Notes: generated by a model from the letters alone, not told the origin. Positions 39,797-48,869 are shown, counted from the first letter of the stretch. The stretch is 57,988 nucleotides of DNA from Actinomycetota bacterium (GCA_009927665.1 RFMM01000179.1:1-57988), one strand, 5' to 3'. Numbers and translations are program-made.

Positions 39797-40867
39797 GTGA
39801 AAAAGTACGCGGTCGAGGCACGTCGAGTGGAGATTCTCGAAGCCACCTGTGAAGTGGTGATTGAACGCGGCTTCGCAGGCACTCGTGTGGCAGATGTCGC
39901 CAAACGCCTGAACGTGTCGAACAGCCTCATCCACTATCACTTCGACAGCAAAGAGGTGTTGCTCGCTGCTGCTTTCGAGTACTACGCGCGCAAAGACTTG
40001 GCCGAGATGGAGCGTGACATTGAACTCGGTCAATCAGCGACCGCGCAACTGTGGCGGCTCATCGAAAGTTATGTTCCTGAAGGTAGTGACGACGTTGAGT
40101 GGATGTTGTGGATCGACGCATGGGGTGAAGCACTTCGCAACCCGTTGATGAAGAGCATCAGTCAGCAACTTGACGAACAGTCGATTGCGTTCCTTGAACG
40201 AGTGTTGCGACGTGGTAATGAAACGGGTGAGTTCCGCTGCGAACAACCGCGCATCTCTGCAATGCGACTCACCGCCGTGATTGACGGTCTTGCGGTGCAG
40301 TTCGCCGCTCATGAAGGCGTCGTGAAGCGAAAAGAATTGATGCGCACCTTGCGCTCGCTGGCGGCATTTGAAACAGGGCTGTCACCCGACGACATTCGCG
40401 ATGGACGACGCACCACCAAGCCCGCGCCACGCGCCGCGACTACCCCATCGGCGAGCATCGGCGCAGGCGATGCTCCGACGGCGATCACCGATGCCGCCTT
40501 GCGCCAACTCATCGCCACCATTGCCGATGCCCAGCTGCGGGGTGACCTCGCCACCTGGCTATCGCAGTGGTCGCCGACCGGGCATTTGCAGTCACCCGAC
40601 GGCACGAGCGCCAAGGGCATCGACGAATTGACGGCGCTCTTTGGCAAGGTCTTCACCGCCGAACGCTGGACCCTTCAGAGCCCGGAAATTGTCATCTTGA
40701 GCGTCGACGAAGCAGCTGGAACCGGAAGCGGTCGAATCACCGTTACCGAACGCTTTCAGCGCCGCAACGGGTCACTCGGGTCGCGCATCGCGGTGCTGCA
40801 CGACCGATATGAGCGGGCCCCGACGGGCTGGCTGCTCACCACTCGCCGTTACGAACTCCTCGAATAG
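39797..40867 (+). CDS. TetR/AcrR-family regulator fused to a C-terminal NTF2/SnoaL-like domain
   Basis: The N-terminal HTH is RRVEILEATCEVVIERGFAGTRVADVAKRLNVSNSLIHYHFDSKE. An Ala/Pro-rich linker follows, then about 130 aa (ITDAALRQLIATIAD...WLLTTRRYELLE) with the alpha+beta cone pattern of SnoaL/DUF4440 proteins. Confidence 0.7.
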   Translation: MKKYAVEARRVEILEATCEVVIERGFAGTRVADVAKRLNVSNSLIHYHFDSKEVLLAAAFEYYARKDLAEMERDIELGQSATAQLWRLIESYVPEGSDDVEWMLWIDAWGEALRNPLMKSISQQLDEQSIAFLERVLRRGNETGEFRCEQPRISAMRLTAVIDGLAVQFAAHEGVVKRKELMRTLRSLAAFETGLSPDDIRDGRRTTKPAPRAATTPSASIGAGDAPTAITDAALRQLIATIADAQLRGDLATWLSQWSPTGHLQSPDGTSAKGIDELTALFGKVFTAERWTLQSPEIVILSVDEAAGTGSGRITVTERFQRRNGSLGSRIAVLHDRYERAPTGWLLTTRRYELLE

Positions 40868-40881
40868 ACGACGCTCAGCGT

Positions 40882-40909
40882 TTAGCACCTCACAATGGGT
40901 GCGTATAAC
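40882..40909 (+). promoter_or_regulatory. candidate sigma-70-like promoter for the M23 peptidase gene
   Basis: TTAGCA (40882-40887), a 16-nt spacer and TATAAC (40904-40909) sit in the only AT-richer intergenic stretch. This would give a roughly 90-nt leader. Sequence match only. Confidence 0.2.
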
Positions 40910-41008
40910 CACTTAGAGTGTTCATACTACCTGTTTGCGTGAGAATTTCCTCAAGTTTGCCCCTCCGAGGCCGATCCCTTCTGCGGATCTCACCAAGGAG
41001 TCACACCA

Positions 41009-42430
41009 ATGGTTCTCACCGCCCTTGCTACCAGCATCGTCTTGGGGCTTACTGCCCCGGCTTCAGCGCAGGCCCAACCTGCCGCTGCCACCCGCGCCAC
41101 CACGGCCCCATCGATCGCCCCTGCGACGTTGTCGGCCACTGCGACGCCGAACGCCACCGGCCCCAACAACCTGCCCGTCGTGGGCGACAGCAACGACGAC
41201 GTCGTGCGCTTGCAGCAGGCGATGGTCGCGCGCGGCTTCACCCTCAAGGGCGGCGTTGACGGCGTGTTCTCCGCTCGCACCGAGGCCACCTTGCGCAACC
41301 TGCAAAAGGCCGTTGGCCTGAAGGTGAGCGGCACCGTCGACGAAGCCACCGCACGCTTTCTTGGTCTCATTGTTGTGCAACGCCTGACCCCCGAGTCGCT
41401 GCCGAAGTCGGGCGACCAGGGCGAAGCGGTCTGGACGGTGCAGCAAGCACTGATCAACAATGGCGTCACCGTGAAGGGTGGCGCCGATGGCGCCTTCGGT
41501 GTGGCCACAACGGTTGCCCTCGGCACCTACCAAGGTCGCAAGGGTCTGCCGGTCACGAAGACACTCGACCATGCAACTGCGTTCGCCCTCGGTCTGGTCG
41601 ACGTGGCTCCGCCGGCCCCGGTCGCCGCAGTTGCCAAGCCGGCAACGACGAAGCCAGCCGCCACCCCAGCCGTGGCACAGCCAGTCGTTGTTCAACCAGT
41701 GGTTGCGCAGCCAGTCGTTGCCCAACCGGCCGTCACGACTGCCGCTGCACTCACCCAGCTCGACCCCAATGCATTGCCCTCGCGCGGTCAGCGCAGCGAC
41801 GCAGTTCGCCTCGTGCAGCAGACACTGATCAACGCGGGCATTGAAGTCAAGGGCGGCGCAGACGGAGTCTTCGGTCTCGCCACTTCGATCGCGCTCGGCA
41901 ATTTCCAGGCGAGCCGCGGCCTGAACGCGTCACAGGCCGTTGACTTCCCGACTGCTCAGGTGCTCGGGCTGATTCCGTCGCTCGAGTCGCTGGGCATTCC
42001 GCAGATTCAAGTGTTCCCGGTGCAGGGTCGCTGCTCGTTCACCAACACCTGGCACGAGTCACGTGGAACTCGTCTGCACGAAGGCGTTGACATCATCGCG
42101 CCGCGCGGCAATCTGATCTACGCCGTCGTCGATGGCACAATCACCAAGGTGTACGACAACGCGTCGCTCACCGGCAACGGTGTGCGCCTGACCATGGCTG
42201 ATGGTACGTACTTCTTCTACGCCCACCTCGACACGATCGCCCCGAACATCACCGTTGGCACCGTCGTGAAAGCTGGTCAGATTCTCGGCACCATTGGCGC
42301 GACGGGCAACACCACCACCCCGCACCTGCACTTCGAGGTGCACCCGCGCGGTGGTGCCCCAATCGACCCAACACCGGTCGTGGCAGCGGTCAACGCGTGC
42401 CATGTCACCGAGCCTCGCCCTCAGCCGTAA
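41009..42430 (+). CDS. secreted peptidoglycan hydrolase: three PG_binding_1 domains plus an M23 metallopeptidase
   Basis: AAGGAG SD 8 nt upstream and a signal peptide ...APASAQA. There are three repeats of the GxxGxxVxxxQxxLxxxG...DGxFGxxT PGBD pattern. The C-terminal part has HEGVDIIAPRG and TTTPHLHFEVH (M23 HxxxD / HxH). Confidence 0.85.
   Translation: MVLTALATSIVLGLTAPASAQAQPAAATRATTAPSIAPATLSATATPNATGPNNLPVVGDSNDDVVRLQQAMVARGFTLKGGVDGVFSARTEATLRNLQKAVGLKVSGTVDEATARFLGLIVVQRLTPESLPKSGDQGEAVWTVQQALINNGVTVKGGADGAFGVATTVALGTYQGRKGLPVTKTLDHATAFALGLVDVAPPAPVAAVAKPATTKPAATPAVAQPVVVQPVVAQPVVAQPAVTTAAALTQLDPNALPSRGQRSDAVRLVQQTLINAGIEVKGGADGVFGLATSIALGNFQASRGLNASQAVDFPTAQVLGLIPSLESLGIPQIQVFPVQGRCSFTNTWHESRGTRLHEGVDIIAPRGNLIYAVVDGTITKVYDNASLTGNGVRLTMADGTYFFYAHLDTIAPNITVGTVVKAGQILGTIGATGNTTTPHLHFEVHPRGGAPIDPTPVVAAVNACHVTEPRPQP
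41678..41737 (+). repeat. 4 x 15-bp imperfect tandem repeat encoding QPVV(V/A) linker units
   Basis: cagccagtcgttgtt / caaccagtggttgcg / cagccagtcgttgcc / caaccggccgtcacg, lying within the linker between PGBD2 and PGBD3. Confidence 0.7.
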
Positions 42431-42465
42431 CGAGGGCATAGCTCAACACGAGGGCATAGCTCAAC
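42430..42465. repeat. perfect 18-bp direct tandem duplication (acgagggcatagctcaac x2)
   Basis: Read directly. Unit 1 is 42430-42447 and unit 2 is 42448-42465, starting at the last base of the peptidase TAA stop. Confidence 0.85.
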
Positions 42466-42506
42466 GACCTTCTTCGAGCGTGGCCACGCGCGAAGCAGGG
42501 CGAGCC

Positions 42507-42542
42507 GCGGGGCGGCGCGATGTGAGAACCACGTCGCCCCGC
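42507..42542. terminator. GC-rich hairpin between convergent genes (possible bidirectional terminator, no U-tract)
   Basis: gcggggcg(g)cg at 42507-42517 pairs with cg(t)cgccccgc at 42532-42542, with one G-U pair and a 14-nt loop. No T-run follows on either strand. Confidence 0.3.
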
Positions 42543-42583
42543 CGGTTCGCTTGCCAGCCCGCACCAGCGCGGGCATCGAGCGC

Positions 42584-43261
42584 CTAGTAGGTGTGGTCAG
42601 CGCTCTCGAGGTGTGAATTGTCAGCTAGGCGCGTGAGGCTGAACGTGTAGCCATCGCCGAGTCGCAACGCTTCAAGTCGACTCACCGACGCGTGACCGAT
42701 AACGAAGCGTTCCCATTCCCAAGGTGTCGGGGCGAGCCCGAGCAAGTGACAGATGAAGACGCTGTTGGTTCCGGCATGGGCAATGAACGCAAGACGGTCA
42801 CCGGGTTCTTCGATGTGCCACACGGGCAATTCGTGTTCGATGCGATAGACGCCCCGCTCGGCCAAGAACTCATTGGCGCCTCGGTGAATTCGTTTGGTGA
42901 AGTCACTTACGGCCTCACCACCAACGAGACCGTGCCAACGCTCTGCCGCCGGGCGATTCTTCTCCTCACGGTACGCCGCCTCGGCCTTGTCGGCGGGGCT
43001 ACCCTGCCAGATCGGGCTGCGAATCTCTTCGAGCCATGGCTCGATCACTTCGCCGCGACGTTGCGCATCAAGAATTGGGGCCGCCGTTTGACGTGCCCGC
43101 AAGAGCGGAGAAACGTAGACGTGATCAAAGTGTTCGGCTTCAAGTCGATCGGCAAGACGACGTGCTTGACGATGACCGCGCGCGGTGAGCGGCGGATTGT
43201 CTTGACTGAGCCCATCGCGCACCCACTCGGGTTCGGCATGACGAATCAGCGTGAGATGCAC
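42584..43261 (-). CDS. histidine phosphatase (phosphoglycerate mutase) family protein
   Basis: LIRHAEPEW (RHG/RHA motif), and FIAHAGT supplies the second His. 225 aa, GTG start. Confidence 0.8.
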   Translation of the reverse strand: MHLTLIRHAEPEWVRDGLSQDNPPLTARGHRQARRLADRLEAEHFDHVYVSPLLRARQTAAPILDAQRRGEVIEPWLEEIRSPIWQGSPADKAEAAYREEKNRPAAERWHGLVGGEAVSDFTKRIHRGANEFLAERGVYRIEHELPVWHIEEPGDRLAFIAHAGTNSVFICHLLGLAPTPWEWERFVIGHASVSRLEALRLGDGYTFSLTRLADNSHLESADHTY

Positions 43262-43270
43262 GTGCAGAGA

Positions 43271-44029
43271 CTAGTTGTCGGGTGTCGTGGTCGACGGTGT
43301 CGTCGTCGGCGGTGTCGTCACGCCGCATGATGCGAACACCTTCACCACTTCAGCAAAGAATGCGTCGTCGTCAAGCACGGCATCGCTCGCTTCGCCCAAT
43401 GTCACACCGAGTGACCGTGCCACGCACTCGGCTTCAACATCGGTAAGCGCAAGACCATAGGTTTCGCCGAGTACGAGGCCGAGAGCCTGCAGTTCGTTTT
43501 CGCTTACGGCAGATTCTTCGTCGACGTCACGAGACGGTTCTTCACTCACCTCGGGCAATGGCAACGTGGTGCCACTCGCCGCGAACGCTGGATCGAGCGC
43601 ACTCTGCTCGCGACCGCACTGATCTGCGACCCACTCGGCAAGTGACGTATTCGCAGTTGCTACCGACTGATCGGTAAACGCGCGACGCGCCGCCTGCACT
43701 GCCGCATCGTCGGTAGCCAGCGTCGGGTCCCAACCAATGTTGCCAAGAGTGACCGTGAGTTGGCCGTAGGCAGCGAGCAGCACACCGAGTGGCGACCGCA
43801 AATCGCGGGGTGCAACCTCACGCATCAACGAGAGTCGATCGACAATGTCGAGCGTGGCTTCTTCGAGTTCAAGTTGCGAGGTTTGCTCAAGTGCGGTAAC
43901 CGCGCGTTCTACTCGAGCACGAGCGTTCTCGAGCAGGCTCGCCTGTTCGCAGGTGTCTGCCACCGTGTCGCCACCACACGCAGACAGCGCAACAACTGCA
44001 ACTGCCGCAACGAACGCAGTGCGACACAT
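43271..44029 (-). CDS. hypothetical lipoprotein with a Thr/Pro-rich C-terminal tail
   Basis: MCRTAFVAAVAVVALSACGG (lipobox LSAC). Four further Cys fall in two pairs, and the tail is TTPPTTTPSTTTPDN. The ATG at 44029 avoids overlap with the ABC gene. Confidence 0.6.
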   Translation of the reverse strand: MCRTAFVAAVAVVALSACGGDTVADTCEQASLLENARARVERAVTALEQTSQLELEEATLDIVDRLSLMREVAPRDLRSPLGVLLAAYGQLTVTLGNIGWDPTLATDDAAVQAARRAFTDQSVATANTSLAEWVADQCGREQSALDPAFAASGTTLPLPEVSEEPSRDVDEESAVSENELQALGLVLGETYGLALTDVEAECVARSLGVTLGEASDAVLDDDAFFAEVVKVFASCGVTTPPTTTPSTTTPDN

Positions 44030-44073
44030 CGTGGGGCGACCGACGCCAGTGTTGTTTTGTGCCAGAGGTCGGC

Positions 44074-45873
44074 TCACGCTCGTGTTGCCGTCAGCCACGC
44101 GTCATACATACGCTTGTAGTCTCCCCCACGGCCCATCAAGTCTTCGTGTGAGCCGTCTTCGAGCACGCGGCCGTTTGCCAGCAGCACCACCCGGTCTGCT
44201 CGTGCGGCGGTCGACAATCGGTGGGCAATTGAGATCGTCGTTCGTCCTTGCGACAATTTGCGTAGGGCGCGGGCGATTCGCACCTCGGTGAGTGCGTCGA
44301 CTGACGACGTCGCTTCATCGAGAATCAGCACATCGGGGTTGACGAGCGACGCCCGCAACAAGGCGACCATCTGACGTTCACCGGCCGCCAGCGCTGAACC
44401 ACGCTGTCCGACTTGCGTGTTGAGCCCATCAGCGAGTGAGGCGATCCAGTCTTCGAGCTCGAGTGCGCGCACCGCAGCCTGCAACTCGGCATCGCTGGCG
44501 GTTGGGGCAGCAAACCGCAAGTTGTAGGCAATGGTGTCGGCGAAGAGAAACGGTTCTTGTGGCACCACGGTGAGTCGACGGCGCAAATCGTCGTTAGCAA
44601 CATGCTTGACGTTGACGGCCCCGATGGTGATGCGGCCGTGGGTTGGGTCTGCCAGACGTGCGACGAGACGTGCGACCGTGGTCTTTCCGGCACCTGACTC
44701 GCCCACCAACGCGATGTGCTGGCCTGGCGGAATGGTGAGCGTGAGGGCCGTCAACACGTTGGTCGCCGGCTCATCGTCACGGGGTGCGTACGCGAAGGTC
44801 ACCTCGTGCAGCGCAACACCGAGACGACCGGGTGGCAACGCCACCGGATTCATAGCGGGCGGCGGACCAATCGGCGTGTCGAGAATTCCGAGCACGCGCC
44901 GCAAACCAGCAACTGCTGTTTGTGTTTGGTCGATCACTTCGGTGAACTCTGCGATCGGTTCCAAGAACCGATAGGTGAGAAACATGAACCCGACCAGTGA
45001 ACCCGCCGTCAAGCCAGCAGCATCACCGCGCCATACCCCGATGCCCACCACCGCCACAACCGTGAACACGCTGAACACCTCACCAGACGGAAACAGCAGT
45101 GCTCCGATAAACCCGGCACGAATCGATGCGCGCGCTCGACGCTTGGTGGATGCCTGCACACGCTGCAGGGCGGGCTCAACGGCGTCATAGGCCTGCAGGG
45201 TTTCGACTCCGGCAACGGTCTCACTCACTGCCGACAGCATCTGTGCGTTGCCTTCACGAACGCGGTCATATGCCCGCACAAGTCGTCGCTGAACGAGGCG
45301 CAGAACGATGATCAGCGGCGCCACGACAGCAAATGCAACAACGGCGAGCACCCAGTCGTAGGCAATCATCACGCAGGCAACCACGAACATCAACGACAAA
45401 TCGAGCATCCACGCCAAGCCACCCCAGGCAAAAAACATCGTCAGTGTTTCAATGTCGCTCGTGACTCGCGCAACCAACGCACCTCGTCGTTCTTCGTTCT
45501 GGTCGGCAAGGCTCAGACGATGGATGTGATCAAACAATCGCACTCGCAACCCGTAGAGCCCTTCTTCGGCAGCAGTACCCAGGCGATACACCGCGGTGCG
45601 TTGACACCACGCGGCAAGCAGCACCACCGCGGCGGCGGCACCACACAGTCGCAAAATGAACTCGAGTCGCACCTCACCAGCGACGAAGCCTTTGTCAATG
45701 GCCTGCTGAATCGAAATCGGAATCGTCACACGACCCGCCGCACCGAATAATGCGAGCACGAAGGTGAAGCCGAGCCCTTTGCCCAATGCTGGCGCCTGTG
45801 CGATGCCGGCCCGAATGGTGTCGACCGCCCCACGGCGACGCACTTCTTGCGTGATGTCGTCAACCAGCATCAA
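44074..45873 (-). CDS. ABC exporter half-transporter (TMD-NBD), canonical Walker B and H-loop, degenerate signature
   Basis: GESGAGKTT, ILDEATSSVD and IAHRLST are canonical. The signature reads ALAAGERQ instead of LSGGQ. The start is TTG at 45873 or ATG at 45870, overlapping the upstream stop. Confidence 0.85.
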   Translation of the reverse strand: MMLVDDITQEVRRRGAVDTIRAGIAQAPALGKGLGFTFVLALFGAAGRVTIPISIQQAIDKGFVAGEVRLEFILRLCGAAAAVVLLAAWCQRTAVYRLGTAAEEGLYGLRVRLFDHIHRLSLADQNEERRGALVARVTSDIETLTMFFAWGGLAWMLDLSLMFVVACVMIAYDWVLAVVAFAVVAPLIIVLRLVQRRLVRAYDRVREGNAQMLSAVSETVAGVETLQAYDAVEPALQRVQASTKRRARASIRAGFIGALLFPSGEVFSVFTVVAVVGIGVWRGDAAGLTAGSLVGFMFLTYRFLEPIAEFTEVIDQTQTAVAGLRRVLGILDTPIGPPPAMNPVALPPGRLGVALHEVTFAYAPRDDEPATNVLTALTLTIPPGQHIALVGESGAGKTTVARLVARLADPTHGRITIGAVNVKHVANDDLRRRLTVVPQEPFLFADTIAYNLRFAAPTASDAELQAAVRALELEDWIASLADGLNTQVGQRGSALAAGERQMVALLRASLVNPDVLILDEATSSVDALTEVRIARALRKLSQGRTTISIAHRLSTAARADRVVLLANGRVLEDGSHEDLMGRGGDYKRMYDAWLTATRA

Positions 45874-47681
45874 CGGTCTGCACTGTTCTCGCCGTCATGG
45901 CGATCATGTTCGAATGCTGAAATCAAGGTGCGGTAGGCATCATTCGCGCGCAGCAACACCTCATGCGTGCCTGCGGCGGCGATGTTGCCTTCGGCCATGA
46001 AGATCACCGTGTCAGCGAGAGCAATCGTCGATGGCCGCGAAGCCACGACGAGGGTGGTCACCGAATCTCCCAGCAAACGAAGATTGGTGAGCACTGCCGC
46101 CTCGGTCGACGGGTCGAGTGCCGAGGTTGTGTCGTCGAGCAAGAGTAGTTCGCTACCCATCGCGAGCGCCCGAGCCAATGCCAAGCGTTGCCGCTGGCCC
46201 CCGCTCAGGCTCACCCCACGTTCGCCGAGCTCGGTGTCGAGGGAAACACCGAGGTCTCGCACGAAACCATCAGCTGCCGCGATCTCTAGTGCGCGGTTGA
46301 TGGCATCTTGTGCGACGTCAGCGCCGAGGGTGAGGTTGTATCTCAGGCTTTCGGCGAACAAGAAAGCCTCCTGAAACACGAGGCCCACCCGCGTAGTGCC
46401 GAGTCGTATGGTTCCACTTTTTGCACCGACCAATCCGGCAATGAGGTGTAGCAGTGTCGTTTTGCCCGAGCCGGTCGCACCGACGATGGCGACGGTACGC
46501 CCACGATGCACAGTGAGAGTGACGTCACGCAAAGCGAAAGCGCCATCAACGTGTGCGGCAGAAACATTGCGTAGATCAACCATCGCATCGTCGCTCGGCA
46601 GAATTGCGGCGCGTGGTGCACGCTGCAGAGGTTCATTGAGCACCTGTTGTACGCGCGCCCAACCGCTTGCTGAATGTGGCAGTTCGGAGAACAAATAGCT
46701 GACGATGCGAAGCGGCAGAGACACAAGAGTGAAGAGAAAGACGAAGGCCGACAACTCGCCAACCGTCATCGCGCCGTCTCGCACTCGAGTGGCCCCAAAA
46801 CCGATGATTGCCACGTTGACGAGCGATGGCGCCGCGTCAATCAACGACTCGAATGTCGATCGAAGCGTGATGGCATTCGTGCGTGCCTTGCGTAGTCGGC
46901 GTGAAATGACAGCGAGACGCTCGGTTTCTCGATCTTCTGCGCCAAAGGCCTTGACGACGAGAACACCATCAAAACTCTCGTGCGCTGCTTCACTGAGCGC
47001 ACCGAGCTCGTCTTGTGCGACTTGATAGTGATAGTCAACCTTGCGTTGATAGAGGATGTTCATCACCAACATGAGGGGAAACACCGTGAAGGCGAACAAG
47101 CCGAGCCAGACGTCGGTGACGATGAGCCAGACTCCCGAGACGATGAGCAACACCACCACCGATGAAGCAAATGGCATCGGGCCAAGAATGGTTGCGGCGG
47201 CGTCAGTGTCGACACCAGCCCGAGCCGCGATGTCCCCTGTCATGCGCTGACGATGCCATGCGGCTGGTTGTCGCATGAGATGGCTGAGCGTGTTATCGGC
47301 GACGGTCTTTGCGGTCGATTGATTGGCAACCCCCGCATACGTTCGACGCACTACCACCCCGACGGCTCGCACCAAACCGATCACCACGACCACGGCCGAC
47401 ACCCTCGCCCACGTGTCGAAGGTGATTCCCCCGGTATCAAAGGTTGGAAGAATCACGTCGTCGATCAGCAACTGCACGCCGTATGACGACAGCACCGTCG
47501 CGACTGCAAATACGGCTGCACCGCCGACAGCGATGAAGAAGTATCCCTTGTGAAAACTGACCATCGCCCACATGAGGTCTTTGGCCCGCGCAAAGCGGTT
47601 TGCAGATGCAGCGATGGGTAGCGTCTCGGAAGTCATGCGGCGAATCGGAACACTCATTCTGTCAGTTGTGTGCCTCGCCAT
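45870..47681 (-). CDS. ABC exporter half-transporter (TMD-NBD), degenerate catalytic site
   Basis: GATGSGKTT and LSGGQRQRLALARAL are canonical. Walker B reads LLLLDDTTSALD (Asp replaces the catalytic Glu) and the H-loop reads VVASRPST (Ser replaces His). The start is uncertain (47681, 47657 or 47636). Confidence 0.85.
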   Translation of the reverse strand: MARHTTDRMSVPIRRMTSETLPIAASANRFARAKDLMWAMVSFHKGYFFIAVGGAAVFAVATVLSSYGVQLLIDDVILPTFDTGGITFDTWARVSAVVVVIGLVRAVGVVVRRTYAGVANQSTAKTVADNTLSHLMRQPAAWHRQRMTGDIAARAGVDTDAAATILGPMPFASSVVVLLIVSGVWLIVTDVWLGLFAFTVFPLMLVMNILYQRKVDYHYQVAQDELGALSEAAHESFDGVLVVKAFGAEDRETERLAVISRRLRKARTNAITLRSTFESLIDAAPSLVNVAIIGFGATRVRDGAMTVGELSAFVFLFTLVSLPLRIVSYLFSELPHSASGWARVQQVLNEPLQRAPRAAILPSDDAMVDLRNVSAAHVDGAFALRDVTLTVHRGRTVAIVGATGSGKTTLLHLIAGLVGAKSGTIRLGTTRVGLVFQEAFLFAESLRYNLTLGADVAQDAINRALEIAAADGFVRDLGVSLDTELGERGVSLSGGQRQRLALARALAMGSELLLLDDTTSALDPSTEAAVLTNLRLLGDSVTTLVVASRPSTIALADTVIFMAEGNIAAAGTHEVLLRANDAYRTLISAFEHDRHDGENSADR

Positions 47682-48147
47682 CGTGGCTATGTGGGTCTAC
47701 GCCTTCGGCTTTGCCTCGAAAGAGGCGGTCAACAAGTTTGGCGACGAAGCTTGGGCAGCAAGTGCCGATGCGCGATGTCTGGTCGCCAAGAACGAACGGC
47801 TCGCTCTCGCTGACTACCGGCTCATCAGTGATGCAGGCCCCGATGCGCTCGTTCAGCGCGCCGAACTCATCGACCGCGCCACTGACACGATCGAACGAAT
47901 GCTGGTCGATCTTCGAGCATCGCTGCCTAGCGACGCGAAAGGTCAAGCCATCGTTCCGCTTTGGTTGGCTGATTATGACATCTACCTAGATGATCGTCGT
48001 GCCTACGCCGACGTGCTGCGCAACGGAGTCAATGTTCCGTTCGCCGAGAGCACCTTCGAGGGCTTACCGCTCAGCGAGAAGATCGCAACCTTTGCTGGCG
48101 ACAATCGCATGAAGAATTGTGCACCGCCCATCGACTTGTCGGTGTAG
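47635..48147 (+). CDS. hypothetical membrane-anchored extracytoplasmic protein
   Basis: MRRIGTLILSVVCLAIVAMWVYAF (N-terminal anchor), then a roughly 140-aa helical domain bracketed by two Cys. The ORF-track start at 47572 overlaps the divergent ABC gene more. Confidence 0.5.
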   Translation: MRRIGTLILSVVCLAIVAMWVYAFGFASKEAVNKFGDEAWAASADARCLVAKNERLALADYRLISDAGPDALVQRAELIDRATDTIERMLVDLRASLPSDAKGQAIVPLWLADYDIYLDDRRAYADVLRNGVNVPFAESTFEGLPLSEKIATFAGDNRMKNCAPPIDLSV

Positions 48148-48195
48148 CGCCACCACATCGGCACCGCTCACCTGCGGCGCGGCCTGCAACGCGCG

Positions 48196-48837
48196 TTAGC
48201 GAAACTCGTCGGTTGGTTGCCAGCCACTCTGCGGGTCGTAGCGCTTGATCACTCGCGCTGGTGCACCGACTGCCACGCAATAGTCAGGCAAGTTGCCAGT
48301 AACCACCGAGTTTGCACCAACCGCGACGTGATTGCCGATCGTGGCTCCGGGCAGCACCACGGTGCCGGCCCCTAACCACGAGCCATCACCAATAACCACA
48401 GCACGCTCAGGTTGGGTCTGCTGCGAGATGGGTCGCGTCACGTCTTCATAACCATGGTTCTGATCGGTGATGTACACATGGTGACCGGTCCACACGTCGT
48501 TGCCGATGTCGATGGCGAGGTGACCGACGATGCCGCTACCGCGACCGATCAGACAGCGATCACCGATGCGCACGACCGGTGAGGTGACGCACTCTTGCCC
48601 TGGCATCATGCCCGCCGAGAGCGCAATATGCGGACCAAGCATCGTGTCGTTGCCAATCTCGATGTAGTGCTCGTTATAGATCGTGACCCACGGAAACGCA
48701 ATCAGCGAACCAGTGCCAAAGGCCTTGAACTTGCGCCCGCGCGGGGTGTCTGCGGTTATGGCGGCGGCAAACTGCCAGTCTTCGAAACGTCGCGCCACCA
48801 CCTGCGCGATGGCGCCTTCAAGAACCCGTCGCAACAC
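48196..48837 (-). CDS. hexapeptide-repeat (left-handed beta-helix) acyl/acetyltransferase
   Basis: Repeated [LIV]-G-x-x-x-x units ([26 protein letters not shown]...[32 protein letters not shown]). The GTG at 48837 avoids overlap with the divergent esterase gene. Confidence 0.75.
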   Translation of the reverse strand: MLRRVLEGAIAQVVARRFEDWQFAAAITADTPRGRKFKAFGTGSLIAFPWVTIYNEHYIEIGNDTMLGPHIALSAGMMPGQECVTSPVVRIGDRCLIGRGSGIVGHLAIDIGNDVWTGHHVYITDQNHGYEDVTRPISQQTQPERAVVIGDGSWLGAGTVVLPGATIGNHVAVGANSVVTGNLPDYCVAVGAPARVIKRYDPQSGWQPTDEFR

Positions 48838-48869
48838 GCCAACACGGTAGTGCTCACTACGCTCAGGGC

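Noticed and set aside
40868-41008. Possible ydaO/c-di-AMP riboswitch upstream of the M23/PGBD hydrolase, a common association in actinobacteria.
   Set aside because: I could not find the conserved ydaO blocks as I remember them (GGGGA/ACCCGAA-type segments with pseudo-twofold symmetry). It is kept only as an unexplained leader.
42294-42587. An ORF spanning the end of the peptidase gene, the 18-bp tandem repeat and the hairpin.
   Set aside because: It overlaps the peptidase coding frame, has a low-complexity Arg/Ala/Ser translation, and has no start context.
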